Below are positions 10,988-21,017 of a DNA stretch of 64,000 bases, piece after piece; position 1 is the stretch's first letter, and each line of letters opens with the position of its first letter. Below the pieces are notes generated by a model that saw only the letters and a list, made by a program, of their open reading frames with translations, was not told the DNA's origin and did no database searches. Source of the DNA: Candidatus Poribacteria bacterium (GTDB lineage Bacteria; Poribacteria; WGA-4E; PCPOR2b); NCBI GenBank assembly GCA_965208675.1, contig OZ242351.1, positions 4,608,001 to 4,672,000 on the forward strand. The letters are read 5' to 3'. Position numbers and translations under genes: made by a program.

Positions 10988-13771
10988 CTATTTCCCCCGT
11001 CGCCTCCGCTTACGTCTGACGTTTGCTGCCAGCGGAACCACCATTTTTTCATATAAGCCAAGCAGGTGTTCAACCCGCTCGCGGTCTGAAGAAAATGGAG
11101 AACGCCGGTAGAGCTTATCGACAGCGCTGTCCAAGTCGAGGTGTGCCCTGCGAAGATCGACCGGCATCAAATCAGGATCGTAGAGATCCGACAAGGTGGC
11201 GTTGAGATGCGCGGCACGTGCGGTAAGTACGGCGTTCGCAAAAGGTTCAAGGCGTTGCAGCCGGTTGACGGGAACCGGAGGCACCGGAAAGGTGTTGAAC
11301 ACGAGACCGATGGAGTAGCGATAGCGGCTCTCTAGGCGTCCTCCAATGTGCCTCAGCCAAACCATGTGCATAGCAGAAGTGAGCAGTGCAAAATGGGGTT
11401 TATTGGCGTTTTCGATAATTCGGACAAGATTGCTCGGGATTACCGGCGGCTCCAGCCACCCAATCGGCACATATTCTCGCCGCTCGGAACTTACTTCAGG
11501 TATAACTAAAAATGGTGCGTCGGGAACAACGTTGACGTGATAGAGGGTCGGTGTCTCGGCGAGTGCTTGCGTGGGCTTGCTCTTACTCGCCAACCGATAG
11601 GCTCGGACAGCGGCAATACGCTCACGGACCTTTGGCAGCCTCCTCAACACTTGGGGTGCTATATCAGCCAAATACAGTATCCACCTTTCTCCCCCCTGTA
11701 AAAACTCTCGACTTCCAACAAACGGGCGCAGATACGGCTCGGCATTAGGTTCTTCTTTCAAAAAAGCGGTGCGTTCGTCAGTGTTGAAAATGTAGTGTCT
11801 GCCATCAATGGGTTTGGAGCCAATAATCAACTTTGGTAGACCGTTGAACTGCTGAGATTCCTCCTTTACCACAATCCGCGAATCAGTCAATCCGCTTGCG
11901 TCGAACAGGTAAGGCGAAAGAGCAATATGCTGGCTCTCGTGCGGCTCACCGTTGGGAGTATCGTAGGAAAATAAACGCTTCTCCCGTGATGCGGCGTCCC
12001 GTTTTGTCAGTCCAAGGATGACCACGTGAACATGCGCCATGCCGCGTGCGTCTGAACCCCATGCAAAAGTGCGGTGGGCAAATACAATCTCAAGGGCGCA
12101 ACGATTAAACAAGAGGGGCCAAAGCTGTGCCACCTGTTCGCCTTGGGTGATGGAATTCGTCGCGACAAACCCAATTTGCGCCGCGCTAGGTTGGATGTAT
12201 TCGCCGGCTTTGATAAACCAGGCGGCCACATAGTCGAGGGTGCCGCCGCTCTTGCCTAGTGCGGCGATGCTACGTACCTGTTCGCGTTGATGTGGCGACT
12301 GGAATTTCGCACACGCAAACGGCGGATTGCCGAGTACATAGGAGCATTCTTCTGATGGCAACAGCATCGTCCAATCCGTTTCCAGCGCGTCGCCGTGTCT
12401 GATATGCGGAGACTTTTCCAACGGGATGCGCGCATACGTCTGACCAAACTCCAAGCTTAGACGGTTGTTCATGATGTGGTCCATCATCCACATGGCAACC
12501 TCCGCGATTCGCACTGGAAACTCCCCCAACTCAATCCCGTAGAACCCGTCTACATCAACCACCGAAAGCGTTTGCGCAATTATGTCAAGTTGACCGAGAG
12601 GACGAATCTCTTTTAACACCTCCATTTCCAACACCCGAAGTTCGCGGTAAGCGATGATGAGGAAGTTGCCGCACCCACACGCTGGATCAAAAATTCGCAA
12701 CCGACCGAGTCTGTGCTGAAAGGCAATCAGTTCAGGAAGGCGGCGGTTGTCCCTGCGGGCTTTTAGGCGTTGGAATTCAGCACGCAACTCGTCGAGGAAC
12801 AGCGGCTCAATCACCTTGAGGATGTTCTTTTCGGTTGTGTAGTGCGCGCCTTGGGCGCGGCGTTCGTCTTTGTCCATTACCGATTGGAAGAGCGATCCGA
12901 AGATTGCTGGGGAAATTTCCGACCAGTTGAAATGGCAAGCGTCAATGAGCCGTTGACGCATACCGGAATTGAATGACGGGATGGGCAATTGTTCACGGAA
13001 CAGGTCGCCGTTGACGTAGGGGAAGCGGGCAAGATCTTCGTCTAGAATTGTGGAGCGAAGTTCTACGGGCATGTTGAGCACTTGAAATAGTTGCGCTAAC
13101 CAGCCACCGAGGTCTGAGCCATCTTCTCGCGTCCGGTTTTCCAACAGATCGAGAAAAATGTCACGCGGCTCAAATATGCCGGTATCGTCGGCGAAGAAGC
13201 AGAAGACGATGCGAACCAGAAATCGTTCTAGATTATGACCTGTGTAGCCGGAGTCGGCTAGGGCATCGTGGAGTTGACCAACACGCTCGGAAGCTTCGAT
13301 GTTGACCGGATCCTGATCTCTGAAGGAGCGCTTCTGCACACCCAAGATAAAGCCGAACTTTTCGACATGTTGCGGCAAGTCAGCGAGGGTAAAGGCAACA
13401 CGATCATCTTCGTCAAGATCGCACAAATCAAACGTCTGAAAATCGCTCAATAGGATATATCGCGGCAGGTCAGCGTCTGTGAGACCGGGAAAATACGAAA
13501 ACGCTTGGTCTCTGGCTTGTGTTAAGTCGCGTCCTACACTTTTCTGTTCGACGAGTAGCACGCCCTTCCAAAACAGGTCAATAAAGCCGCGCTTATCACC
13601 GAGCAGTTGAACAGGTTCTTCAAACGCGGCAACTCTACGCACCGGCATTCCAAAAATGTCGAAAAAGTCACGGTAGAATAGTTGGGTTTGCCCTTTTTCG
13701 TAGCCTTCATCTGCCCAATCTTGAGCGAATGCAGCGGCACGGACACGGATTTCATTCCACGACAAGCGCAT
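10988..13771 (-). CDS. MmeI-like type IIL restriction-modification enzyme (nuclease + m6A methyltransferase + TRD)
   Basis: N-terminal IDLFWKGVLLVEQKS (PD-ExK), GAHYT, FDPACGCGNF (motif I), GNPPF (motif IV), VSSERREYVPIG, GGRLESRYRYS. Confidence 0.9.
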   Translation of the reverse strand: MRLSWNEIRVRAAAFAQDWADEGYEKGQTQLFYRDFFDIFGMPVRRVAAFEEPVQLLGDKRGFIDLFWKGVLLVEQKSVGRDLTQARDQAFSYFPGLTDADLPRYILLSDFQTFDLCDLDEDDRVAFTLADLPQHVEKFGFILGVQKRSFRDQDPVNIEASERVGQLHDALADSGYTGHNLERFLVRIVFCFFADDTGIFEPRDIFLDLLENRTREDGSDLGGWLAQLFQVLNMPVELRSTILDEDLARFPYVNGDLFREQLPIPSFNSGMRQRLIDACHFNWSEISPAIFGSLFQSVMDKDERRAQGAHYTTEKNILKVIEPLFLDELRAEFQRLKARRDNRRLPELIAFQHRLGRLRIFDPACGCGNFLIIAYRELRVLEMEVLKEIRPLGQLDIIAQTLSVVDVDGFYGIELGEFPVRIAEVAMWMMDHIMNNRLSLEFGQTYARIPLEKSPHIRHGDALETDWTMLLPSEECSYVLGNPPFACAKFQSPHQREQVRSIAALGKSGGTLDYVAAWFIKAGEYIQPSAAQIGFVATNSITQGEQVAQLWPLLFNRCALEIVFAHRTFAWGSDARGMAHVHVVILGLTKRDAASREKRLFSYDTPNGEPHESQHIALSPYLFDASGLTDSRIVVKEESQQFNGLPKLIIGSKPIDGRHYIFNTDERTAFLKEEPNAEPYLRPFVGSREFLQGGERWILYLADIAPQVLRRLPKVRERIAAVRAYRLASKSKPTQALAETPTLYHVNVVPDAPFLVIPEVSSERREYVPIGWLEPPVIPSNLVRIIENANKPHFALLTSAMHMVWLRHIGGRLESRYRYSIGLVFNTFPVPPVPVNRLQRLEPFANAVLTARAAHLNATLSDLYDPDLMPVDLRRAHLDLDSAVDKLYRRSPFSSDRERVEHLLGLYEKMVVPLAANVRRKRRRRGK

Positions 13772-14313
13772 GTCGTTTCGTCCTTTTCACAGTGGCATAA
13801 CGTATGCCGAAGCACACAAAAATCAGATTCAATTTTCCAATTGATAAGCACCGAACAATCAAACGGAATGAGTTGAGTTTATTTTACGACAACATAACAT
13901 AGATATCAAGTGGTGAATATAACGATGCGGACTGCCTCATAAACGATTCGCAAGCTTGGTGCAAGACGCCGTAAAATTGCCATACAGACGCAAAGATACT
14001 GTAACATTGAGGTAATGCAATGCCCCGTAACGGAGGGTACTAAGTGCTGTAGTCATTTTTGGTCAAAAATGGCTGGGGATGCAATGGCCGACAGGAACCG
14101 AATCCACATTCGGCATGATAGGCTGAAAGGAATGGTGAGCGCCATAAAGGGCGTGTGGCGGACGATTTTTATAGCAGTGCCTAGTTGTATGTGTCGGCGC
14201 TACCTGTGCAATTTTTAATCTTTGAATGTTATCCGGAATCCTAGTTTGACATAACCGCTGTGCTTCGGTGTGACCATTTTTCTCGTGCATGCTGAATTTT
14301 TCCCATTTTCTTC

Positions 14314-14351
14314 TTGACATAGACTTACTGATATGCTAATATAATCGCATA
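14314..14351 (+). promoter_or_regulatory. Sigma70-type promoter overlapped by a palindromic operator (putative BlaI site)
   Basis: TTGACA 14314-14319, 17 bp spacer, TGc-TAATAT; dyad TATGCT-N8-CGCATA at 14332-14351 covers the -10 element. Confidence 0.65.
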
Positions 14352-14375
14352 TTGTACGACAAAGGAGGTGATATC

Positions 14376-14756
14376 ATGCAAGATTATCGAATCGTCAAAC
14401 TCAGCCGGCGTGAACGGCAGATTATGAATATCATCTATCAACGCGGGCAAGCTTCTGTGGCTGATGTCCTCTCAGATCTTCCAGACCCGCCAACGTATTC
14501 CACGGTCCGCGCGCTGTTGCGAATCTTGGAAGAGAAAGGTCATGCCAGGCACGAAAAAGATGGACCGCGCTACATCTATTATCCGACACAACCGCGGCAT
14601 CAAGCCGGACACTTTGCGCTCAAGCAGATTGTACAGACCTTCTTCGATAAATCCATTGAGAAGACGGTTGCGGCTTTGGTTGCCGATACTGATGTGTCGG
14701 ATGAAGAACTTGACCGTTTAAGCCGTCTCATTGAGGAATCGAAAAGCGGCAATTAG
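14376..14756 (+). CDS. BlaI/MecI/CopY family transcriptional repressor
   Basis: LSRRERQIMNIIY, YSTVRALLRILEEKGH, GPRYIYYP; AAAGGAGGTG SD before ATG 14376. Confidence 0.92.
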   Translation: MQDYRIVKLSRRERQIMNIIYQRGQASVADVLSDLPDPPTYSTVRALLRILEEKGHARHEKDGPRYIYYPTQPRHQAGHFALKQIVQTFFDKSIEKTVAALVADTDVSDEELDRLSRLIEESKSGN

Positions 14757-14766
14757 GAGGGCATTG

Positions 14767-17166
14767 ATGCCAATCTTTGAAACTATCGAATCCAACTTTT
14801 GGTTGAGTTTTTTGGTAGACGCCACGCTGAAGAGCGTATTGATTTTGGCTTTTGCGGGCGTATTCGCATTCGTTCTTCGCCATCAATCGGCGGCGTTGCG
14901 AGGTTTGGTTTGGAGCGCGGCTATGGTCGGGTGCCTTATTGTCCTGTTGTGCTCACTCGCGCTTCCGAAGTGGGATGTGGGTGTGCTTCCGGGGGCATCG
15001 GGCGGATATGAAACGGACGTGTTGCTCAAGACCAACCCGCCGACCGCGGCGCCGGTTTCAATCTCAACTCATTCGCCTGCATCAAACGCGGTGCCGCCTA
15101 CGCAAGCTACACCGACGCTGTTTCCACCCCAATTTGCGGCTAGTGAAAGCGACGTTACGCAAGCAAAAATCGTCCGGGATCTTCACTGGACTGATTGGGT
15201 AGCGGCGGGTTGGGCGTTGGCGGCACTATTCCTGATGGTTCGTTTAATTGCCGGTATCTGCGCTGTGCGGCACATCTCGGCTCGCAGCGATGACTTCAAC
15301 GACGCGATTAAGCATTTAAACCTCGATATAAAGCAAAGCTGCCGCGTCCGTCGAAGCGATGCGGTTACAGTGCCGATGATGTGGGGTTTCTTTCGTCCCG
15401 TGATTTTGTTGCCCGCTGATGCTGACGGTTGGGGGCGGCAACGGCTGCGAGCTGTTTTGCTGCACGAAACGGCACACATCCAACGTCGGGATTGGCTAAT
15501 GCAAACAGTTGTACAGTTAACCTGCGCAGTGTATTGGTTTAATCCACTGGTATGGATTGTTGCGCGTCAAATGCGAGCGGAGGCGGAGATAGCATGCGAT
15601 GACCATGTGCTGAATACGGGGTATCGTTCGACCGAATACGCGCAACATCTGATTGAAGTGGTGCGAGACCTCAAAGCATTTGGCGCGGCTTCGCGCACCG
15701 CTGTAGCGATGGCGCGACGGTCGAAGATGGAATGGCGGCTGCGAACGGTTCTCGCCGAGGATCGAAATCGGCAACCGTTGACAATGGCGGCAGTGGTGAT
15801 AGGACTGCTTGCCGTGATTGGTTTCGGTGTGCCGATGGGTGCGATGCGGTTGGCAGAGGCGGTTGACCAAGAAGGCGCATTGTATGTGGAGATTCAGAAC
15901 GAAGCCATCCGAAAACGCAAAGTATATCCGGAGGATTTGTTCGCATTGTTCAAATCGTTTACGGCGGTGGATGCGGGCGGTGAGATTTTCACTAGGATTA
16001 TTTTGAGCGAAGTTGGTCATATTCTCGTGCCGGCAAGGGCGACAGAAGCTGATTTCATTCGCCTGAATATTGTCGATTATCACCCGTTGACAGTAATCGC
16101 CGCCGATGCGGAGAGCGGTTTAGGAGTGGTGCAGGTTAAAGGGCAAAGGTACCTTCAACCTATTGTACTCGGATCTGCCGGAGACCTGCGGGAATACGCG
16201 CCGGTTCCGCTTACCAATCCGACGGTCGGTTACCTGTACCGGAGTATAAGAGCTATCTGCGCGCGCGGCCTCAATCTACCATTTCGACCTCGTCGACAGG
16301 CGGTTGGACACCCCACCGTACAAATTGCTAGCATAATGCAACTCGAAATTGACGACAGCGGTAAAGTGACCACGCTGAAAACGGCATGCCCTGGCCCTTC
16401 GGGAGAAAGGATTAGAGACGATCTAATGATTCGTTACGACAGGCACGACGTGCTTATACATTATGAGGGGCATGGTGAAATCATTAAAGGGGACGCACTT
16501 GTGCATTACGACGGCCGGTTGCTTGCAGTCTCGGTTGAAGATAGTGTGCGGTACGACAAATGGGGACCCAGTGCGGACTTGATACCAATCGACGAGATTC
16601 GAGCAGCACTTGCGCGAATGAATGTCCTCCACCTGATTGAACGCAGGATCGAAAAACCGATGAAGGATTTTGAGTTGATATTTGAGGCGGAGGAGTTTAC
16701 GCGGCAAGATGGGGCTCGACCGAATGAGAGATTGTTCTTGACAGTCGAGGACGCAACGACATCTGATAACGCGTACATTGTTGCGAATAAGGCGTTGGAC
16801 CACCAATACGAAATACCGGATACGTGGCTGACGTATGAGATTGAGATTCCAGCGGATGGCGACTACGCAATCTGGCTATATGGACGGGGGTACACCGGCA
16901 GGAGCGACTCCTTTTTTGTCGGAACAGACCTTGAAACGCCTCGTGCGTGTGATGTGGACAGTTACTTCAAGTGGGGCGCGGCACCGGCAATTCAACGAAT
17001 ATCGGTGCAGACGATACCGGCTTTCTACTTCTCGCAAGGCAAACACGAAATCCGTCTCTATGTCCGGGAGACGGGCACTGAATTGGATGCTATTCTGATT
17101 ACGAATGACTTGAGTTTAGGCGCCGCAGAGATTAACCGAAAGTTTGAGGCGCACAATCGTAGGTGA
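14767..17166 (+). CDS. BlaR1-like M56 metallopeptidase with extended extracytoplasmic C-terminus
   Basis: TM segments, HETAH zinc motif, YWFNPLVW, EIACDDHVL; AGGAGG SD; follows blaI. Confidence 0.9.
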   Translation: MPIFETIESNFWLSFLVDATLKSVLILAFAGVFAFVLRHQSAALRGLVWSAAMVGCLIVLLCSLALPKWDVGVLPGASGGYETDVLLKTNPPTAAPVSISTHSPASNAVPPTQATPTLFPPQFAASESDVTQAKIVRDLHWTDWVAAGWALAALFLMVRLIAGICAVRHISARSDDFNDAIKHLNLDIKQSCRVRRSDAVTVPMMWGFFRPVILLPADADGWGRQRLRAVLLHETAHIQRRDWLMQTVVQLTCAVYWFNPLVWIVARQMRAEAEIACDDHVLNTGYRSTEYAQHLIEVVRDLKAFGAASRTAVAMARRSKMEWRLRTVLAEDRNRQPLTMAAVVIGLLAVIGFGVPMGAMRLAEAVDQEGALYVEIQNEAIRKRKVYPEDLFALFKSFTAVDAGGEIFTRIILSEVGHILVPARATEADFIRLNIVDYHPLTVIAADAESGLGVVQVKGQRYLQPIVLGSAGDLREYAPVPLTNPTVGYLYRSIRAICARGLNLPFRPRRQAVGHPTVQIASIMQLEIDDSGKVTTLKTACPGPSGERIRDDLMIRYDRHDVLIHYEGHGEIIKGDALVHYDGRLLAVSVEDSVRYDKWGPSADLIPIDEIRAALARMNVLHLIERRIEKPMKDFELIFEAEEFTRQDGARPNERLFLTVEDATTSDNAYIVANKALDHQYEIPDTWLTYEIEIPADGDYAIWLYGRGYTGRSDSFFVGTDLETPRACDVDSYFKWGAAPAIQRISVQTIPAFYFSQGKHEIRLYVRETGTELDAILITNDLSLGAAEINRKFEAHNRR

Positions 17167-17427
17167 AAAAACATCTCTGAAGCTCGTGATTGCCGGGGCG
17201 ATTGATGGTTTCTCAAAGGACACGGTCACTGCTGCCTTGGGCACAATGAAAACCTCTAGGTGAAAAGACGGGAGATTAAACACACCGCAAAATTCTCATA
17301 CCGATGTGTAGAAACACTTCTATAACTTTTGGCGGAATTTTTTCTATATTTACAGATGGACGTGAAAAAGTGCTAGAAAAAATCGGAAATCAACGTCTTG
17401 ATTAGTACGAAGGAGGGTCGGCGAACA

Positions 17428-18678
17428 GTGGCAGATGACAAAACACTCATTTTCCGGGCCCGCGCAGGCGATGAACAGGCATTTTCAGACCTAGTGGGGA
17501 GATATCATGCCTTCGTTTATGGAGTTGTCATCGGAATCATTAAGAATGTCAACGACGCCGAGGAGATTGTGCAAGATGTTTTCCTCAACACCTATCGCGG
17601 TTTGCCGCAGCTTGAGGACACGACCAAATTCAAGGGCTGGCTGGCGGAGATTGCTCGCAATTGCGCGCGAGATCAGATGCGAAAACAACGCGTCGACACC
17701 GTGTCAATTGATGAAGTGAGCGAACACGTGCTACAAACCTCGGACTCCTTAGATGCGCGGTTGATACGGGACGAACAGAGAGCACTGATTCGCAGCGCAA
17801 TGGAGTCGCTGTCAGAAAAGGATAAGGAGATTGCTCAAGCCTACTATCTTGATGGCGAGAGTTACGACGAACTAATCCGTACCCACGGATTGTCATACAA
17901 GGCAATCTCGTTTCGACTTTCTCGCGCGAAGCGGAAACTCTCCATACGGTTGCAGTACATACTCACTGGGGTGTTCATCTCTCCCGCAACAACTTTCAAA
18001 CAGTTTTGCACAGGAGGGCTTACGATAATGAAAATCGGAACAATTCCCAAAATCACTGTCAGTGCAGCAGCTATTATTGGGCTCGGTGTCGTCGGGACTC
18101 ACCAGTTCATATTGTCGAAGGAAGATGAGTCTCCATCGGTAGAGATTGTAACATCCACGCCAAATCACTCTATAGACTCAATCCCAAGAACAGATTCCAC
18201 ACCAAAAGTGTTGGTTTCCACTCGAAATGCAAACTCGCAACAAATTTCCGCTGAAGAGATGGAACAGATTGAGAGGTTTTTTTCTCAACTCGGCGCAGCC
18301 GATGCACAAGATATAGAACTACCAGGTGACGATGCAACTCCTTCTGAAGAAGCTATTTCTAAAATCGACATTGAATCAGAACAAGAAATCTCAGAAACCG
18401 ATGCGACCGGGTCTTCAGAACATCAAGAGCGGATCGCCGAAATAAAGCGACGCATTGAGTGGCTTTCTGAACAGATAAAGCTGGTTGAAGAAGAAGAAGA
18501 AACTCTACCGCCGCCTTATCCACCTGGTCAGGAACCAACGGAACAGACACCCGAAGAGATGGAGAGAGACAGAGAAAATGACACTCGCCGTCGGGAACTA
18601 CGATTAGAACGGGCGGAACTTGGCAAAGAAAAATACGAATTGAAGCGGGAGTTGAAGGAATTGCAACAGGAGCATTAG
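17428..18678 (+). CDS. ECF sigma-70 factor with C-terminal TM and acidic/coiled-coil extension
   Basis: GDEQAFSDLV, DAEEIVQDVF, FKGWLAEIARN (region 2); GESYDEL...RLSRAKRKL (region 4); GTG start after AAGGAGG. Confidence 0.9.
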   Translation: MADDKTLIFRARAGDEQAFSDLVGRYHAFVYGVVIGIIKNVNDAEEIVQDVFLNTYRGLPQLEDTTKFKGWLAEIARNCARDQMRKQRVDTVSIDEVSEHVLQTSDSLDARLIRDEQRALIRSAMESLSEKDKEIAQAYYLDGESYDELIRTHGLSYKAISFRLSRAKRKLSIRLQYILTGVFISPATTFKQFCTGGLTIMKIGTIPKITVSAAAIIGLGVVGTHQFILSKEDESPSVEIVTSTPNHSIDSIPRTDSTPKVLVSTRNANSQQISAEEMEQIERFFSQLGAADAQDIELPGDDATPSEEAISKIDIESEQEISETDATGSSEHQERIAEIKRRIEWLSEQIKLVEEEEETLPPPYPPGQEPTEQTPEEMERDRENDTRRRELRLERAELGKEKYELKRELKELQQEH

Positions 18679-18715
18679 TTTGTACATTCTAAGTCAAACA
18701 TGGAGGATTATTCCA

Positions 18716-20986
18716 ATGAAGAAAGCAATTGTTTTCAAGCTTAGCTTACTGTTGGTTAGCGCTCTATGTCAAACGAATAGTTTCGCCCAAGATTCTCCGC
18801 AATGGGGGCTGCCCGAGCGTGTTAAAGCGCGCCTCGGAAAAGGTGGGGTATATGAAATACAGTATTCGCCCGACGGCACTCGACTTGCGGTTGCCAGCAC
18901 TATCGGTATTTGGCTCTACGATACGGCGACCCATCAAGAGGTCGCCCTGCTCACCGGGCATACGGGTCCGGTGGAAAGCGTTGCGTACAGTCCCGATGGG
19001 CGCACCATCGCTAGTGTGAGTGGAGACTATACCATTCGTCTGTGGGATGCCGAAACCGGAAAACACCTGCGAACGCTCAAGGGGAATGTGTCTGCGGTCG
19101 CTGGCATAGCGTACAGTCCCGATGGGCGCACCATCGCTAGTGGGGGTGGAGACCGTACCATCCGTCTGTGGGACGCTGAAACAGGAGAACACCTGCGAAC
19201 ACTCAAGGGGAATATTGAGGATGGTTTGTCTGTTTGGGCCACTAGCATAGCGTACAGTCCCGATGGACGCACAATCGCCAGCGGGACATTTGATCCCGAC
19301 TTTGATAATGATATTCTCAACAATGCAAATTTCATCCGTCTGTGGGACGCCGAAACGGGAGAATACCTGCGAACACTTAAGGGACATAAGGACCGGGTCG
19401 AGAGTGTTGTGTTCAGTCCTGATGGTCACACCCTCGCCAGTGGGAGTTGGGACAATACCATCCGTCTGTGGAACGCCCATACAGGAAGACGCCAACGAAC
19501 GCTAAGGGGGCATACGTCTAAGATCAGAAGTGTTACGTACAGTCCCGATGGACGTACCATCGCCAGCGGGAGTTTTAACGGTACCATCCGTCTGTGGAAC
19601 GCCCATACAGAAAGACACCAACGAACGCTCGTCGGGCATACATTTGGGGTCATTAGCGTAGCGTTTAGTCCCGATGGACGCAGTATCGCTAGTGGAAGTT
19701 CGGACAATACCATCCGTCTGTGGAACGCCCATACGGGAAAACACCTACGGACGCTCAAGGGGTATACATCTAGGGTCGAAAGCGTAGCGTTCAGTCCCGA
19801 TGGCGACACCCTCGCCAGTGGGGGTTGGGATGCTACCGTCCGACTTTGGGACACCGATACCGGAAACCACTTGCGAACACTCGTCGGGCATACATTTGCG
19901 GTCAATAGCGTAGCGTTTAGTCCCGATGGCAGCACTGTCGCTAGTGCGAGTAATGACAATACCATCCGTCTGTGGAACGCCCATACAGGAAGACGCCAAC
20001 GAACGCTAAGGGGGCATACATCTGGGGTCGAGAGCGTAGCGTTCAGTCCCGATGGCGACACCCTCGCCAGTGGGAGCCGGGACACTACCGTCCGTCTGTG
20101 GGACATCCATAGGGGAAGACATCTGCGAACGCTCAAGGGGCATACACTTGCGGTCAATAGCGTAGCGTACAGTCCCGATGGCGGTACCATTGCTAGCGGG
20201 AGTGAGGATAAGACCATCTGTCTATGGGACGCTGATGCCGGAAAACGCCTGCGAACGTTCAAGGGACATACTTCGGTCAATAGCGTAGTGTTCAGTCTCG
20301 ATGGACGCACCATCGCTAGTGGAGGTCTGAGTCTGGACGCCAACATCCCGTCTAACATGCGTCTGTGGGACGTCGATACGGGAGAACAACTGCAAACGCG
20401 CCAGGCACACGCTAATGTGGTCAATAGCGTAGCGTTCAGTCCCAATGGACGCATCGCAAGTGGGGGTTGGAGGAGAATCATCCGATTGTGGGACGCCGAT
20501 ACGGTATTACGCCTGCAAACGCTCAACGGGCATACGGGTAGCGTCCAGAGCGTAGCGTTCAGTCCCGATGATGGCCGTATCCTCGCTAGTGGGAGTGCGG
20601 ACGGTACCGTGTTGCTGTGGGAACTTTGGTCGTCGACAGCATTTGGGGTGAAACCGTTGGCAAGACACTTGACGACGACACTGGGCAACATCAAACGGAC
20701 AGCGTTGCTACAAAATTATCCGAATCCGTTCAACCCTGAAACTTGGATACCGTATCAGTTGGCAGACGATGCGCACGTGACCTTGCGCATCTATGACCAG
20801 AGCGGCCGTATCGTTCGCACACTCGACGTTGGACCTCAAAAATCGGGCGTCTATCAAGACGTAGCTAACGCCGTGTATTGGGACGGTCGGAATCAAGACG
20901 GAGAACGTGTCACAAGCGGCACCTATTTCTACCAATTCCGTGCGGGCGATTACACCGCGTTACGGCAGATGGTAATACTCAAATAG
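18716..20986 (+). CDS. Secreted WD40-repeat protein (14 repeats) with C-terminal FlgD-Ig/T9SS-like domain
   Basis: Signal peptide; 14 GH...SPDG..IASGS.D.TIRLWD repeats with about 126-bp DNA period; LLQNYPNPFNPETWIPYQL...WDGRN. Confidence 0.92.
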   Translation: MKKAIVFKLSLLLVSALCQTNSFAQDSPQWGLPERVKARLGKGGVYEIQYSPDGTRLAVASTIGIWLYDTATHQEVALLTGHTGPVESVAYSPDGRTIASVSGDYTIRLWDAETGKHLRTLKGNVSAVAGIAYSPDGRTIASGGGDRTIRLWDAETGEHLRTLKGNIEDGLSVWATSIAYSPDGRTIASGTFDPDFDNDILNNANFIRLWDAETGEYLRTLKGHKDRVESVVFSPDGHTLASGSWDNTIRLWNAHTGRRQRTLRGHTSKIRSVTYSPDGRTIASGSFNGTIRLWNAHTERHQRTLVGHTFGVISVAFSPDGRSIASGSSDNTIRLWNAHTGKHLRTLKGYTSRVESVAFSPDGDTLASGGWDATVRLWDTDTGNHLRTLVGHTFAVNSVAFSPDGSTVASASNDNTIRLWNAHTGRRQRTLRGHTSGVESVAFSPDGDTLASGSRDTTVRLWDIHRGRHLRTLKGHTLAVNSVAYSPDGGTIASGSEDKTICLWDADAGKRLRTFKGHTSVNSVVFSLDGRTIASGGLSLDANIPSNMRLWDVDTGEQLQTRQAHANVVNSVAFSPNGRIASGGWRRIIRLWDADTVLRLQTLNGHTGSVQSVAFSPDDGRILASGSADGTVLLWELWSSTAFGVKPLARHLTTTLGNIKRTALLQNYPNPFNPETWIPYQLADDAHVTLRIYDQSGRIVRTLDVGPQKSGVYQDVANAVYWDGRNQDGERVTSGTYFYQFRAGDYTALRQMVILK

Positions 20987-21017
20987 TATCAATTTACCAG
21001 ATGGTGTTCAGGGCTAG

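Noticed and set aside
18900-20620. Diversity-generating retroelement TR/VR pair among WD40 or TPR repeats
   Set aside because: Differences between repeats do not appear adenine-specific, and no reverse transcriptase is in the window.
18764-20694. Long minus-strand ORFs (243 aa and 422 aa)
   Set aside because: Antisense shadows of the repetitive WD40 gene.
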